Assembly: GCA_963823035.1 (NCBI GenBank)
Contig: CAWGKG010000024.1
Span: forward strand, 1-64,000
Direction: 5' to 3'
Length of the DNA stretch: 64,000 nt
Source: an uncultured Gemmatimonadales bacterium
GTDB lineage: Bacteria > Gemmatimonadota > Gemmatimonadetes > Longimicrobiales > Gaopeijiaceae
The position numbers and the translations under genes are program-made. Of this stretch, positions 10,000 through 20,745 are shown piece after piece. The notes beneath the pieces were generated by a model, which saw only the letters and a list, made by a program, of their open reading frames with translations, was not told where the DNA came from and ran no database searches. The first letter of the stretch is position 1. Each line of letters starts with the position of its first letter.

Positions 10000-11423
10000 G
10001 CGACACGCTGCTCCTCATCGAGGACGAGGAGGTCCTGCGCACGGAGCTCCAACGGCACCTGGCCCGCGCCGGGTGGGACGTGCGTACCGCCGCCACGGTC
10101 GGCCAGGCGGAGGAGGCACTCGCGGCAGGCGACGCGAGCCCGCTCGTCGTGGTGAGCGACATGACGCTTCCGGACGGCAACGCGCTCGACCTCCTCGAGC
10201 GCGTGCGCACACACCACGACCTGCGCGCCGAGTGGATCATCCTCACGGGTTACGGCTCCGTGGCCGACTCGGTGCGGGCGCTCAAGCTCGGTGCTTTCGA
10301 GTTCCTGGAGAAGCCCTGCCCCACCGAGCGCCTCGACCTGGTGATCGCGGGGGCCGCGCGGAGCTCGAGAGCCCAGCGCCGCGTGGCGGAGACGGCGGAG
10401 CGCAACCACGAGCGCTACGGCCTGGACGCGTTCGTGGGAACGAGCGAGGCCGCGGAGGGCGTGCGCGAAGCGCTCACGCGCCTGGCCGGCGTACGCGTCG
10501 ACGCCTTGCTCATCGGCGGGGAGACGGGTGTGGGCAAGGGCCTCGTAGCGCGTATCCTGCACTACGTCGGGCCGCACGCCCACGGTCCGCTCGTGGAGGT
10601 GAACTGCGCAGCGCTCCCCTCGGAGTTGCTCGAGTCCGAGCTGTTCGGACACGAGGCCGGCGCGTTCACGGGGGCCAAGGGGCGCCACCGCGGCTACCTC
10701 GAGCAGGCGCAGGGCGGGACGATCTTCCTCGACGAGATCGGCGAGTTGCAGCCTCAGCTGCAGGCGAAGCTGCTCAAGGCCGTCGAGGACCGCCGCTTCC
10801 GCCGCGTCGGGGGCGAGCGCGAGATCGAGGTCGACGTCCAGGTGTTCGCGGCGAGCAACCGGGAGGTGGAGAAGCTCGTGACGGAAGGGAGGCTTCGTGA
10901 GGACCTCTTCCACCGCCTCGCCCTCTTCCGCATCGACGTCCCGCCCCTCCGAAAGCGGCTGGACGACCTCGAGACGCTGGTGCAGCGCTTCGTGGCCGAG
11001 TCGAACGCGCGCTCCGGGAAGTCCGTGCGCGTGATCCCCGACGAGGTGTTGGCGAAGCTGCGCGCGTACTCGTGGCCGGGGAACGTCCGCGAGCTGCGCA
11101 ACGTGATCGAGCGCAGCGTGCTCCTTTCGGAGGGACCGGTGCTCCCGGATCGGTGGTTGCAGCTGCAGGCCGGTGGCACCACGTCGATGGTCGGGCCCCC
11201 GGCGGCTGCGGGCGGGACCTCCGCCCAGGAGGACGGCACGGAGACCGTGGTGTTCGTGCTCGACGGCAGCGAGCCGCTCGACGCGCTCGAGGAGCGTGTC
11301 CTCCGGCGCGCGCTCGAGCTCACGGATGGCAACGTCTCGGCCGCTGCCCGCCGGCTCGGCATCACGCGGCAGACCCTCCGCTACCGCATCGAGAAGTACG
11401 GCCTGGACGCCGACGGCGCCTGA
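9996..11423 (+). CDS. Sigma-54-dependent response regulator (NtrC family)
   Basis: Receiver domain; Walker A GETGVGKG; GAFTGA; FLDEIGE; WPGNVREL; Fis-type HTH; ATGA overlap with the kinase. Confidence 0.95.
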   Translation: MSDTLLLIEDEEVLRTELQRHLARAGWDVRTAATVGQAEEALAAGDASPLVVVSDMTLPDGNALDLLERVRTHHDLRAEWIILTGYGSVADSVRALKLGAFEFLEKPCPTERLDLVIAGAARSSRAQRRVAETAERNHERYGLDAFVGTSEAAEGVREALTRLAGVRVDALLIGGETGVGKGLVARILHYVGPHAHGPLVEVNCAALPSELLESELFGHEAGAFTGAKGRHRGYLEQAQGGTIFLDEIGELQPQLQAKLLKAVEDRRFRRVGGEREIEVDVQVFAASNREVEKLVTEGRLREDLFHRLALFRIDVPPLRKRLDDLETLVQRFVAESNARSGKSVRVIPDEVLAKLRAYSWPGNVRELRNVIERSVLLSEGPVLPDRWLQLQAGGTTSMVGPPAAAGGTSAQEDGTETVVFVLDGSEPLDALEERVLRRALELTDGNVSAAARRLGITRQTLRYRIEKYGLDADGA

Positions 11424-11439
11424 TGCATCCCGGCCGATC

Positions 11440-11455
11440 TGGCCGATATCCACCA
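11440..11455 (+). promoter_or_regulatory. Putative upstream activator sequence
   Basis: TGGCCGATATCCACCA, 14/16 identical to the minus-strand motif at 8469-8484. Confidence 0.6.
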
Positions 11456-11521
11456 CCATCTCCTCGCGGCCCCGGACGCCCTGAGGGCCAGATAATCCAG
11501 GTCTTGCAAGGCTTTCCGGCC

Positions 11522-11536
11522 TGGCACGGCCTATGC
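11522..11536 (+). promoter_or_regulatory. Sigma-54 (-24/-12) promoter
   Basis: TGGCACGGCCTATGC (GG-N10-GC), 89 nt before ATG 11625. Confidence 0.75.
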
Positions 11537-11624
11537 GTCGTCAGGGGTAGACGCCGCCCCTGAAGGCGGCTTCCGGGGCCCGGCCGAACCGGCCGACCCC
11601 GACGAAGGTATCGAAGGAGGAACC

Positions 11625-12072
11625 ATGAACATGCTGCGCAGTCACGCCGGTGGAAGCCGGCCCGCGCTTCGCCCCGCCCTCCTGGCGGCGGCCCTCGTCA
11701 CGCTCGCCCCGTCCGCGCTGTGGGCGCGTCCCGCGCCGTCGGCCCCGCCCGACTCGATGGCGGCGACGCACGTCCGTCTCGCACCCACCGTCCGGGTGGA
11801 GAACAACAACTGGTTGGACGTGCACGTCTACCTGGTCCGGAACGGTGAGCCCACCTCGATCGGCTTCGTGACCGGACCCGGCAACGACCAGCTCACCCTC
11901 CCGTGGATGTCCACGGTGCCCGGCGGAGACGTGCAGATCCTCGTGCTCCCCATCGGGGGGACGGACAGCTACCTCTCTCCGCCGCTCACGGTGAATCCGG
12001 GTGACGTGCTCGACCTGAACGTGCAGAACGTCCTCGCGCTCTCGACGGTGACGGTTTCGCCTGCGGAGGTAG
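11625..12072 (+). CDS. Secreted hypothetical protein with one ~80-aa beta-rich domain (3' end approximate)
   Basis: AAGGAGG RBS, signal peptide, VRVENNNWLDVHVYLVRNG domain. The ORF runs on to 13112 only as non-protein-like sequence antisense to the kinase; a TAG at 12070 lies in the +1 frame, so an indel is likely. Confidence 0.65.
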
Positions 12073-12203
12073 CGAGGTGCCGGACGGGGCGCGGCGCGTG
12101 GAGCCCATCGGCTCCGGAGTGGGGCGCCGCGTCCCGGCCGGTCCGGCGTCAAAGCCGCCGGGAACGCGCGAACGTGACGGTGGCAAGAAGAAGGGCTCTG
12201 CGC

Positions 12204-15200
12204 TCAAGCGGGACGCCGCCGGTCGAAGTGGAGCGAGCCAGCGCCTCCCGCAAGTCGCGGGAGAGGCGCGTGACGCTGAAGGGCTTCTGGATCACGTCCA
12301 TCCCGTCTCGAGGACGTGGTCCAGCACGTTCGCGGTATACCCCGACATGTAGAGCACGCGCAAGCGGGGAGGAAAGCCGTCAGCCGCCCAGCCAGCTCCC
12401 GCCCGTTCATCTCCGGCATGATCACGTCCGTGAGCAGGAGGTGGATCGCTCCCTCGTGCCTCTGCGCAAGGGAGATCGCTTCGCCGGCGCCGTTCGCCGC
12501 AAGGACGTCGTAGCCGAGCCCCGCGAGAATCCGGGTCGTCAGTCGGAGGAGGGGCTCTTCGTCCTCGACGACGAGGACCGTCTCTCCCGTGCCACGCTCG
12601 GGCTCGTCGAGCGGCTCCGTCGGGGCGTGGGACTCGCCCTCGTCACGGGGGAAGTGGAGCTTGAACGTGCTCCCGTTACCCGGCTCGCTGTAGACGTTGA
12701 TGAAGCCTTCGTTCTGCCGGACGATGCCGTACACCGTCGCGAGGCCCAGGCCCGTCCCCTCCCCCACCGCCTTCGTGGTGAAGAAGGGCTCGAAGACGTG
12801 CGCGAGCACGGCCTCGTCCATCCCCCTCCCGTCGTCGCTCACCGAGAGCATTACGTAGGAACCCGGACGCGCGTCGGCCTGCTGCGCCGCGTACGCCTCG
12901 TCGACGCGGATGTTGTCGGTCTCGATCGTCACGCGGCCGACCCCACCGATGGCGTCGCGAGCGTTCACCACCAGGTTGGCCAGGAGCTGGTCGAGCTGGA
13001 CGGGGTCCACCTTCACGCGCCACAGGTCCCAGCCCGGAAGCCAGACCAGCTCCACGTTCTCCCCGATCAGCCGGCGCAACATCTGTGGACATCAAGCCGA
13101 GGCGCTCGTTGAGATCCACGACCCGGGGGGAGATGGCCTGCTGACGCGCGAAGGCCAGGAGCTGGCGGGTCAGCGCGGCGGAGCGTTCCGCCGCGTCGCG
13201 GATGTGCCGGAGCTCCTCGTGGAGCGGCGAGTCCGGACCGCTGTCGACCAGAGCCAGGTCGGCGTGCCCGAGGATGACTGCGAGCATGTTGTTGAAGTCG
13301 TGCGCAACACCGCCGGCGAGGCGTCCGACCGACTCCAGCTTCTGTGCCTGCGTAAGCTGCGCGCTGAGCTGTTGGCGCACCGCTTCGGCGCTGCGGGCCT
13401 CGGTCACGTCCCGCAGGATGTCTACGAACCCGGACACCTCGCCGGTTTGCGCGTCGCGGAGCGGGAACGAAGTCGCCTCGCCGGGGAAGACCTCGCCGTT
13501 CTTCCGTGCGAAGTCGCTCTCGCGGTGCCAACGCCGGGCGGTCGGATCCTCCCGGGCGTGCCGCACGGTAGCCTCGAAGCCGGAGGGCTCGGCGTAGAGA
13601 CACGCGCTGCTCCCTCCGAGCAGGTCGCCGCGGCGGTATCCGAACAGCTCCACGAACGCGGCGTTGTAGTCGGCGACGCGGTGCTCGGTGTCGAGCACGA
13701 GAATCGCGTCGCGCTGGCTGTTGAAGAGAGAGCGGTAGCGCTGTTCTCGTTCCTCGAGGGCGTGCGCGGCCTCCCGCTCCTCCGTGCGGTCGCGGAACAC
13801 CAGCACGACGCCCAGGACGTTCCCCTCGTCGTCGAGGATGGGTGCGCCGCTGTCCGCGATCGGGCGCTCCGTCCCGTCCCTCGCGACGAGGAGCGTGTGG
13901 TTGGCCAGAGCCACGATCTGCTTCTCGCGGAAGGCCCGTTCGACCGGGCTCTCCACCGCCAGGCGGGTATGCTCCTCGATGACCGTGAAGACCTCGCTCA
14001 TGGGCCTGCCGACGGCCTCGGCCCTGCGCCACCCCGTGAGGTCCTCCGCCACCTGGTTGATGACCTCGACCCGTCCCTCCCGGTCGGTGGTGATGACGCC
14101 GTCACCGATGCTCTCGAGCGTCAGCCGATGCCGAGCTTCACCCGCCTGCTCCCTCGCTTCGGCGCGGGCGAGCGTCCTGTAGTACCTGCGCTCACGCTCC
14201 TGCCATGCGATACCCGCCCCCGTGGTCAGCATGAGGAAGAGCGCCGCGACCAGGCCCACGACCCATCCGAGCCGCGCTTGGAGCGGCGCGAAGAACTCCT
14301 CGCGCTCCCTCGCGGCCACGAGGAACCAGGGCGAGTCCGGGATGGCCCGCAGTGCCGCGAGCACCGGCACCCCACGATCGTCGAGTCCCTCGACGACACC
14401 CTCGCGTCCGCGCACGGCCATCACCGGCGGGCGCATGCTGTCGGCCAGGGAGAAGCCCAGTCCGAGCGCCGAGCCGTCCCGAAAGCGCAGATCCATGAGC
14501 GCGAGCACCCGCTCTCCGTCCCGCCGGACGAGATACGTCACCGCCGTGCGGATGCCCGGCTCGGGCCAACGACGGACGAGCGGGAAGAGGTACGCCTCGG
14601 GATCGATCGACAGGTAGACGACGGCGAGGCGACGCCCGGGGTCTCCGGGTCGATCACCGGGGCCAGCAGGCCGATGCGCTCGGCCCCGTCGCCGGGCCTG
14701 CGATGCAGGGCGCCGAACGACACCTCCCCGGACGCCGCGGCTTCCGACACCTCCCGGGTGTAGAGGCCGGAGAGGAAGGGCGCCGCGTCACTGGCGGGGA
14801 GCAGCTCGAGACCCTCGACGTCGAGGAGGCTCACCTGCTCGTACGCATAGCGCGACGCACGGATTCCATCCAGTCGCGAAGCTGGCGGCGGGCGTCCGCG
14901 TGCCCCCGTCCCCGAGGAACGCGCGCACCAGGGCGGCGAACGCCTCGTTGTGACTCAGCACTTCCGCGTCGCCGACACGTTCCAGGCGCCACCGCGCGAT
15001 CTCGCTGGCCTTGAGGTCGGCCATGGCGGAGAGCGAGCGCTCGGCCCCGGTGCGGAAGTCGGCACGGTACGCGCGCAGGTAGACGTGGGCTCCGGCCACG
15101 ATCACCAGCACCGCCAGGGAGAGAACGACGGAGAACGCCGCCGCGTGCGCGCGGAGCGGAAAAGCGGGGCACATCGGCGCCGATGAGCTTCTCCAGCGCG

Positions 15201-15705
15201 GCATCCACCAGCGACACGCAGAGCGCGAGGAAGGCCACGCTCGTGGTCAGCGCCGGCGGGATCACGCCGCTGTCGTAGAGGATGGGGCCGCCGAGGGCAT
15301 ACGCCACCAGGAGGATCGCGCTCACGAACACGATCCCGAACGCCGCCGCAAAAGCCAGGCGCGGGCGCAGAGGGCGGACGTCGGCGAAGTCGGGATGGTC
15401 AGCGTGCGCGCCACGAGCAGGAAGGTGAGCGAGGTGACGGGGGACATAAGACCGATCGGCGCGCCTGCACCTCGCGCGATCGGCACGCGAGGTGCTAGGT
15501 GGAGACGACACGAGCGCGGAGGTCACAGGAGCAGGTCGCTATGCGTCGGCGAGCGCGAGCGCGAGGCGAGCGACGGCGTGTGGATGCGAACAGCGTCGGG
15601 AGGAGCGACAGGGCGAAGAGCACGAAGGAGACGGCGTGCTTGGCGCATCGGGATGCGGCGCTCGAACGAGGCGAGAACGGGCTGCCACGACCACCGCGAG
15701 CGCAT
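12204..15705 (-). CDS. Hybrid membrane PAS histidine kinase / receiver (CckA-like), split by several frameshifts
   Basis: Pieces in different frames: TM helices, Cache-like region, two PAS domains, H-box GGVAHDFNNML, NARDA, EPFFTTK, GTGLGL, receiver LLTDVIMP; both ends approximate. Confidence 0.85.
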
Positions 15706-16003
15706 CGCGATAGAGGCGGCACGAGCGAACGATGCGGAACGGATGGACGGGTAACGTGGGCGGAGGGTATGGGCAGGTAGAAATGAGCGGGAAACTAAGG
15801 TCGGCGACGCGATAGGGGCGGTGTGGGCGAGGAGGTAAAGGAGAGGTGTGGAGGATGGGTGTGGGCGTTCCCCAAAGTGCGCACGGACTGCACGCCGGCA
15901 CGACCACTCGACCGTCCCGAAACGAGAGCGCGCGCGAGGGTTGGGAACCCACGACGAGCGAGGGCAAGTTGGGAGAGAGAGGACGAGGCACGGAGAGGTG
16001 CCG

Positions 16004-17640
16004 ATGAGGGACGAATGCGGATGGATCAGGGCCCGCCTGTGCGGCCACCTGCCTGACGGTGCTGCTGGTGGCGGGATGCTCCGGGTCGGAGGACCCAACG
16101 ACGGCGGCCACACCGGACGATCCCGGCCCGCAGGGGCCCACGGTGGTCGCACCCGTCGCAGAGCGGTTCCCGATCGACGGCCGCGTGGACCTCGACGCGG
16201 TCGGCACCGTGACCACCGTCCAGGTCGAGCTCCGCGAGGGGTTGGGCTCGGGCGCCGCGCCGGGCACGGTGGGCCTCTCGTGGGCGGCCGCGCACGACGA
16301 CCGGAACCTCTACCTGGCGCTCGTCTGGGACGACGCCGGCCACGACGCGACGTTCGACGCGACCACCGGCCCGGTCGACGTGGACGGCCTGACCTCTACT
16401 TCGACGACGACGGTGACGGCACGCAGGAGGCGGGCGAGGACGGTCGCAGCGTGCTCGCCGCTTCGCCGGGACCCAGTATGTGGACCAGCACGCCGCCGCG
16501 GGCGACGCGACCGACGTGGTGGGGACGGCGTCGGGAGGATCGCGTGGGACGCATCCACGGGCGCGACGCGCGGAGTTCCAGATCCCGGTCGCCGACGACG
16601 CGCAGCACCAGGACCACGCCAAGACGGCCGACACCCGTTTCAACGTGGTCCTCTTCGATCACGCTCGCTTCGCGGATGCCGCGGGGCGAGCCGGCTTCGC
16701 GTACGGCCCGATCGGGGTGGGCGCCTCGACGTCGGCGTGGCCCGAAGCTGCCGTGGGACGACGTCGTGGGAAGCGGACATCCCGAGTTGCCCTCGGACCT
16801 GACCGGACTCGTCGCTTTCGTGTCCTGGCACGAGGGCTCGCGCCGGATCTACACCTTCGATCCGGGTGCAGGCGCGGTGCGCCGCGTGACCGATGGGACC
16901 CGCGTGGGTGGACAACGTCTCGCTATCGCACGACCGCACGCGCATCGCCTTCCACGGAGCGCCGGCAGGACGGCCTACGGCAGCTATGAGATCTACACGG
17001 TGAACGTGGACGGTTCGGGCCTGAAGAAGCTCACCGACAACGAGATCCTGGACGGCCACCCGGGGTGGTCGCCCGACGACGACCGCCTGGTGTACGCGTC
17101 GTTCCGTGGGGACGGGAGGGCCAAGCTGGTGCTGATGACGCCGGAGGGAGAGGAGATTGCGGTGTTGACCCCGGACGGGGTCGACGACAACGACCCCGAT
17201 TTCCTACCCGACGGGCGCATCGTCTTCAAGACGGACCGCTTCAGCAGCTCCGCAGGTGCGGCTGGCCACCATGGGCGCCGACGGCACCGACGTGCGCGAG
17301 CTCACCACGCGACCGGCGTGTCGGACCATGATCCGGTGGGCGACGGAGCCCATGCGTGGTTCGAGCGCTTCCCGCGCCCCACGAGCTATGCCACCGATCC
17401 GGAGGCGGGGTTCGTGGGATGGGATCTGGTGGAGGTCGGTCTCGACGGCACCGGGGAGCGCACGATGCTCTCCGACGGATGGATCAACTGGCTGCCGGTG
17501 CCGACCCGTCCGGACGCTACCTCGCCTTTCTCAAGGGCGTCGGCTACACGGACCTCGAGCTCATGGACGCCGACGGCCGCGTCCTCGGCAGGCTGCTGCC
17601 GGACATCACCCGACTGCACTACATGGATGGAAGGCGGGCC
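16004..17640 (+). CDS. Lipoprotein with N-terminal DOMON/CBM9-like region and TolB-like (PD40) beta-propeller, frameshifted
   Basis: Lipobox LLVAG-C; HDDRNLYLALVWDD; DDDGDG; repeats YEIYTVNVDGSGLKKLT, HPGWSPDD and DPDFLPDGRIVF; ends approximate. Confidence 0.6.
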
Positions 17641-17651
17641 GCCCGACGGCC

Positions 17652-17949
17652 TCAGCGGTCGTACTCGACCTTGCAGCCGCAGCCGTCCCACATCCGTTCG
17701 TACGTGTCCAGCCGCTCCTGCACGAAGCGGCGCGCCTCCTCCTCGCTTCCCAGGAGTCGCCCTCGCGGAGGACGGCTCCTCGATCGCCACCAGCCCGGCG
17801 TCGCACCGGGCGACCACGAGGTCGCCGGCGAGGAAGGTGGGGTGTCGCTCCACCTCCTCCAGGGCGCCGGCGAGCTCGTCCCATTCGGCTCGCGCCATGC
17901 GCACGATCCGCCCGGATCGGAGGCCGGCGGTCAGCTCCTCAGCCGTCAT
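17652..17949 (-). CDS. Small hypothetical protein ending in WDGCGCKVEY (one frameshift)
   Basis: MTAEELTAGL... joins across an indel to RLLGSEEEARRFVQERLDTYERMWDGCGCKVEYDR-stop; ATGA overlap with the upstream gene. Confidence 0.55.
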
Positions 17950-19150
17950 CGTTGTCGTATCCGGATGGGCCCGCCGGGAGCCACCTGCTCGATGCGGCCG
18001 TCGGGGTGCACGAGGTAGCGCGGCGTGGGAAGGATGTCGTCTCCCAACCAGAGCCTCGGCCCTTCCGCTACCCTCCACCACCCCGGCGGGAGCGGACGCA
18101 GGCAGGGAATACCCGTCCGCGGCGCCGGGATTCACCGTATAGCCCTCGTCGGCCAGCGACGCGATCGTGATGCGGCTCAAGGGATTGGCGCCGCCGCCGT
18201 CGAGCACGGGCGTCATGAGCTCGCGGCCCATCACGGATTCCCGCCAGTGGGAGCAGTTGCTCCGTCCCCGGGGGATCCGCCGTTCTCCACCGGCACCTTC
18301 CCTCCCAGCGTGTAGGTCGAGCCGCCCGCGGCGTCGAAGGCCACACCGCGCCCACGCCCGTGAAGACAGGGTCGTCCGTGCAGGCGCCGGAGCGCAAGGA
18401 GAGCCGCGTCCAGGTAGTGCGGATGCGGAGGACGTGCCTCATCGCGTGGAGGATAGTGCTGACGAACTGGCGTGGTACGCGAGCGAGTGGAGGTGGGCCT
18501 CGTGGAACGTCATGGCTCCGGTGATAGGGAGGCGCTGGACGGGATGTAGCATGGCTCGGCGCGGCCGAGGGTGTTGAAGGGGCCGTCGATCGAGTCCACC
18601 GTCACGTAGATGATCAGGTCGTCGACGCCCCCCGGCGTCGCCGGATGGAAGCTCCCGCACGGGGCGAGTGCGCCGACCTGGTCCGCCACGTCCCCGGTGA
18701 TCACGCTCTCCCAGCGCGAGCGCGCGCCCACGAACGCTGCCGTGCCGTGACTCGCTTTGAGCTTCGCCGCGTACGCCCTGGAGACCGCCCCGGTGGGCGA
18801 GCTTCGATGTCGCTACCTCGGGTGTCGAAGATCGCTCGCTCACGGTGAGCGTGTAGGCTCGCCGCGGCCGGTCTGCCCTCCGCCGCTGCACCTGCACCGT
18901 GAGAAGGCGGACGTGGCGATCTACGGTGGGCTTGCCGTCAGCATCACCGTCCACGGGCCGAGAGCGACGAGGCCGCCGCGGGAAGCGAGCCGCCGTCCGA
19001 GCCAGGCTCCACGGGTACGTCGCGCCGTCTCCGCGAGTACGCTCGACGAGCGGCGACACACGGAGGCATCGGGGTCCGTCTTGACGGCCCGGACACCTCG
19101 ATCGGCGGGAAGCGCACAGCGGGCGAGGCGTCGAGTGGGCGGTCGCCGTA
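17946..19150 (-). pseudogene. Degenerate leishmanolysin-like (M8-related) zinc metallopeptidase
   Basis: VDDLIIYVTVDSIDGP..LG.A.PC; ILHAMRHVLRIR (expected HExGHxLGxG); ELMTP...NPLSRITIASLADEGY; many frameshifts; 5' end uncertain. Confidence 0.6.
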
Positions 19151-19378
19151 TCGACGCGGTGTCTACCAAGTTAGGCGACCCGTGCAGGCGCGAGGAAACG
19201 GGAGCTTGCGCGAGGCGGGTGTGCTCCAGGAGCTGCTCAGCTCGACTGGCGGCAGGCACGCACTCGAGCGGCCGGATGCGGGGTGTCAGGCGCGGGTCCT
19301 GAGGGCTCCTTCGCTGAGTCTCGGACGTGGGTGCCGTCGAGTTGAGGACGACGGAGCCGGCGCTACGACCGCCCCGTT

Positions 19379-19412
19379 GGCCGTAATGAGCCGATCCGGC
19401 TGATAGCCACCA
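19379..19412 (+). promoter_or_regulatory. Putative upstream activator sequence
   Basis: GGCCGTAATGAGCC-N4-CGGCTGATAGCCACCA; same architecture as 8469-8502 and 13/16 identical to 11440-11455, with shared flanks GCCGATC and CCAT. Confidence 0.6.
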
Positions 19413-19479
19413 CCATTCGCGTCCTTCCACCCGGAGGTCCGAGACACGCAAACGATTTGGTGACATGTGTTTGCGGATA

Positions 19480-19494
19480 CGGCACGCCCGATGC
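19480..19494 (+). promoter_or_regulatory. Sigma-54 (-24/-12) promoter
   Basis: CGGCACGCCCGATGC (GG-N10-GC), 56 nt before ATG 19550. Confidence 0.7.
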
Positions 19495-19549
19495 ACGGTC
19501 ACCGTGGGCAAAAGGGGCCAAGGCCCCCCCTCATAGATGGAGGAGAACC

Positions 19550-20206
19550 ATGTACACCACCCTCGGAAGCCTCTTCGTCGCCGGTGCGACGATGGCGCTC
19601 GGAACGTTGGTCACGCCCGGTCCCGTGTCGGCGGTCGGTCCGCCGGCACGCCACGCTCCCACCCTCACGGTCCAGAACGACCGCCCTGTCCCCGTCGACG
19701 TCTACGTCGAGCGAGGGGACTTCGACATGCGCGTCGGCACGGTGGCGGCCGACCGGGAGGGCGTCCTGCCGTTGCCCGCCTATCTGGAGAACGGCGAGAG
19801 CGTCCGCATCGTCGTCCACCCGAAGCACGGTCTCGACCTGGAATCTCCCGACGTGAACATCCCGATGTCGGGGACGCTGCCCGTCCTGGTCCCGCTCAAC
19901 AACACGGGGTACCGCCCCCAACCGCGCGACGTGATCCCCACGCCCGGACCCGACGCCACCACGCTGACCGTGGACAACCCCAGGGACCAGCCCGTGGACA
20001 TCTACGTGCAGCGTGGAGAGTTCGACACGCACCTCGGGACGGTGGAGCCCCTGCACTTCCGCACGTTCGACCTCCCGCCGTACCTGGCGAGAGAGGAGGC
20101 GGACGTACAGGTCTTCGTGGTCCCGCGCTCCGGATTCGAGTTGTCGAGTCAGTTCTTCCTGCTCAAGCCCCACGCGCACCTCGAGGTCAAGGTGCCGCGG
20201 ACCTGA
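19550..20206 (+). CDS. Secreted hypothetical protein with two tandem ~80-aa beta-rich domains
   Basis: GGAGGAG RBS; signal peptide; internal repeat TLTVQNDRPVPVDVYVERG / TLTVDNPRDQPVDIYVQRG. Confidence 0.8.
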   Translation: MYTTLGSLFVAGATMALGTLVTPGPVSAVGPPARHAPTLTVQNDRPVPVDVYVERGDFDMRVGTVAADREGVLPLPAYLENGESVRIVVHPKHGLDLESPDVNIPMSGTLPVLVPLNNTGYRPQPRDVIPTPGPDATTLTVDNPRDQPVDIYVQRGEFDTHLGTVEPLHFRTFDLPPYLAREEADVQVFVVPRSGFELSSQFFLLKPHAHLEVKVPRT

Positions 20207-20228
20207 GTCACGCGGCGGTCGCGTCCGC

Positions 20229-20264
20229 CCGCCGGTCGCCTCCCGATCGGGAGGCGACCGGCGG
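20229..20264. terminator. Perfect 36-bp palindrome between convergent genes (bidirectional terminator candidate)
   Basis: CCGCCGGTCGCCTCCCGA|TCGGGAGGCGACCGGCGG. Confidence 0.65.
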
Positions 20265-20274
20265 TCTGCGGGAT

Positions 20275-20745
20275 TCAGCGACCTCGCAGCGAGCGGGCCA
20301 ACATGCGGTCGAGCGCAGCGGCGAAGGCCTGCTTCTCGCGGGCCCCGTACGCCGAAGGTCCCCCGGTCTGCACCCCCGTGGAGCGGAGCCCGTCCATGAA
20401 GTCACGCACGGACAGCCGTTCTCCTACGTTCTCCTCGGTGTACTCCGTCCCGCGGGGGTCCACGACCCGCACCCCCTTCTCCACGAGGCGCGCGGCGAGC
20501 GGGATATCCGCCGTGACGGCCAGGTCACCCGGGCGCGCCTCGTTCACGATGTGGTCGTCGGCCACGTCCGGACCGCCCTCCACCCGCACGGACGTGACGA
20601 AGGGGTTGTTGGCCGGCGTGTGCAACCGCTGGTTGGCGACGAGGAAGGTCGAGAGCTCCAGGCGGAGCGCGGCGCGGGCCACGATGTCCTTCACGGGCTG
20701 CGGCGCCGCGTCGGCGTCCACCCAGATCTTCGGCCGCTCCTTCAC
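20275..20745 (-). CDS. yaiI: YaiI/YqxD (DUF188, UPF0178) family protein
   Basis: IWVDADA, DVADD, VTADIPLA, PRG..Y...N and RDFMD.LR..G...GGP motifs; GTG start inferred. Confidence 0.9.
   Translation of the reverse strand: MKERPKIWVDADAAPQPVKDIVARAALRLELSTFLVANQRLHTPANNPFVTSVRVEGGPDVADDHIVNEARPGDLAVTADIPLAARLVEKGVRVVDPRGTEYTEENVGERLSVRDFMDGLRSTGVQTGGPSAYGAREKQAFAAALDRMLARSLRGR

Noticed and set aside
15720..16000. Purine-rich intergenic stretch as an ncRNA or mobile-element end
   Set aside because: No stable structure, terminal repeat or known motif recognised; it lies in a low-quality region.
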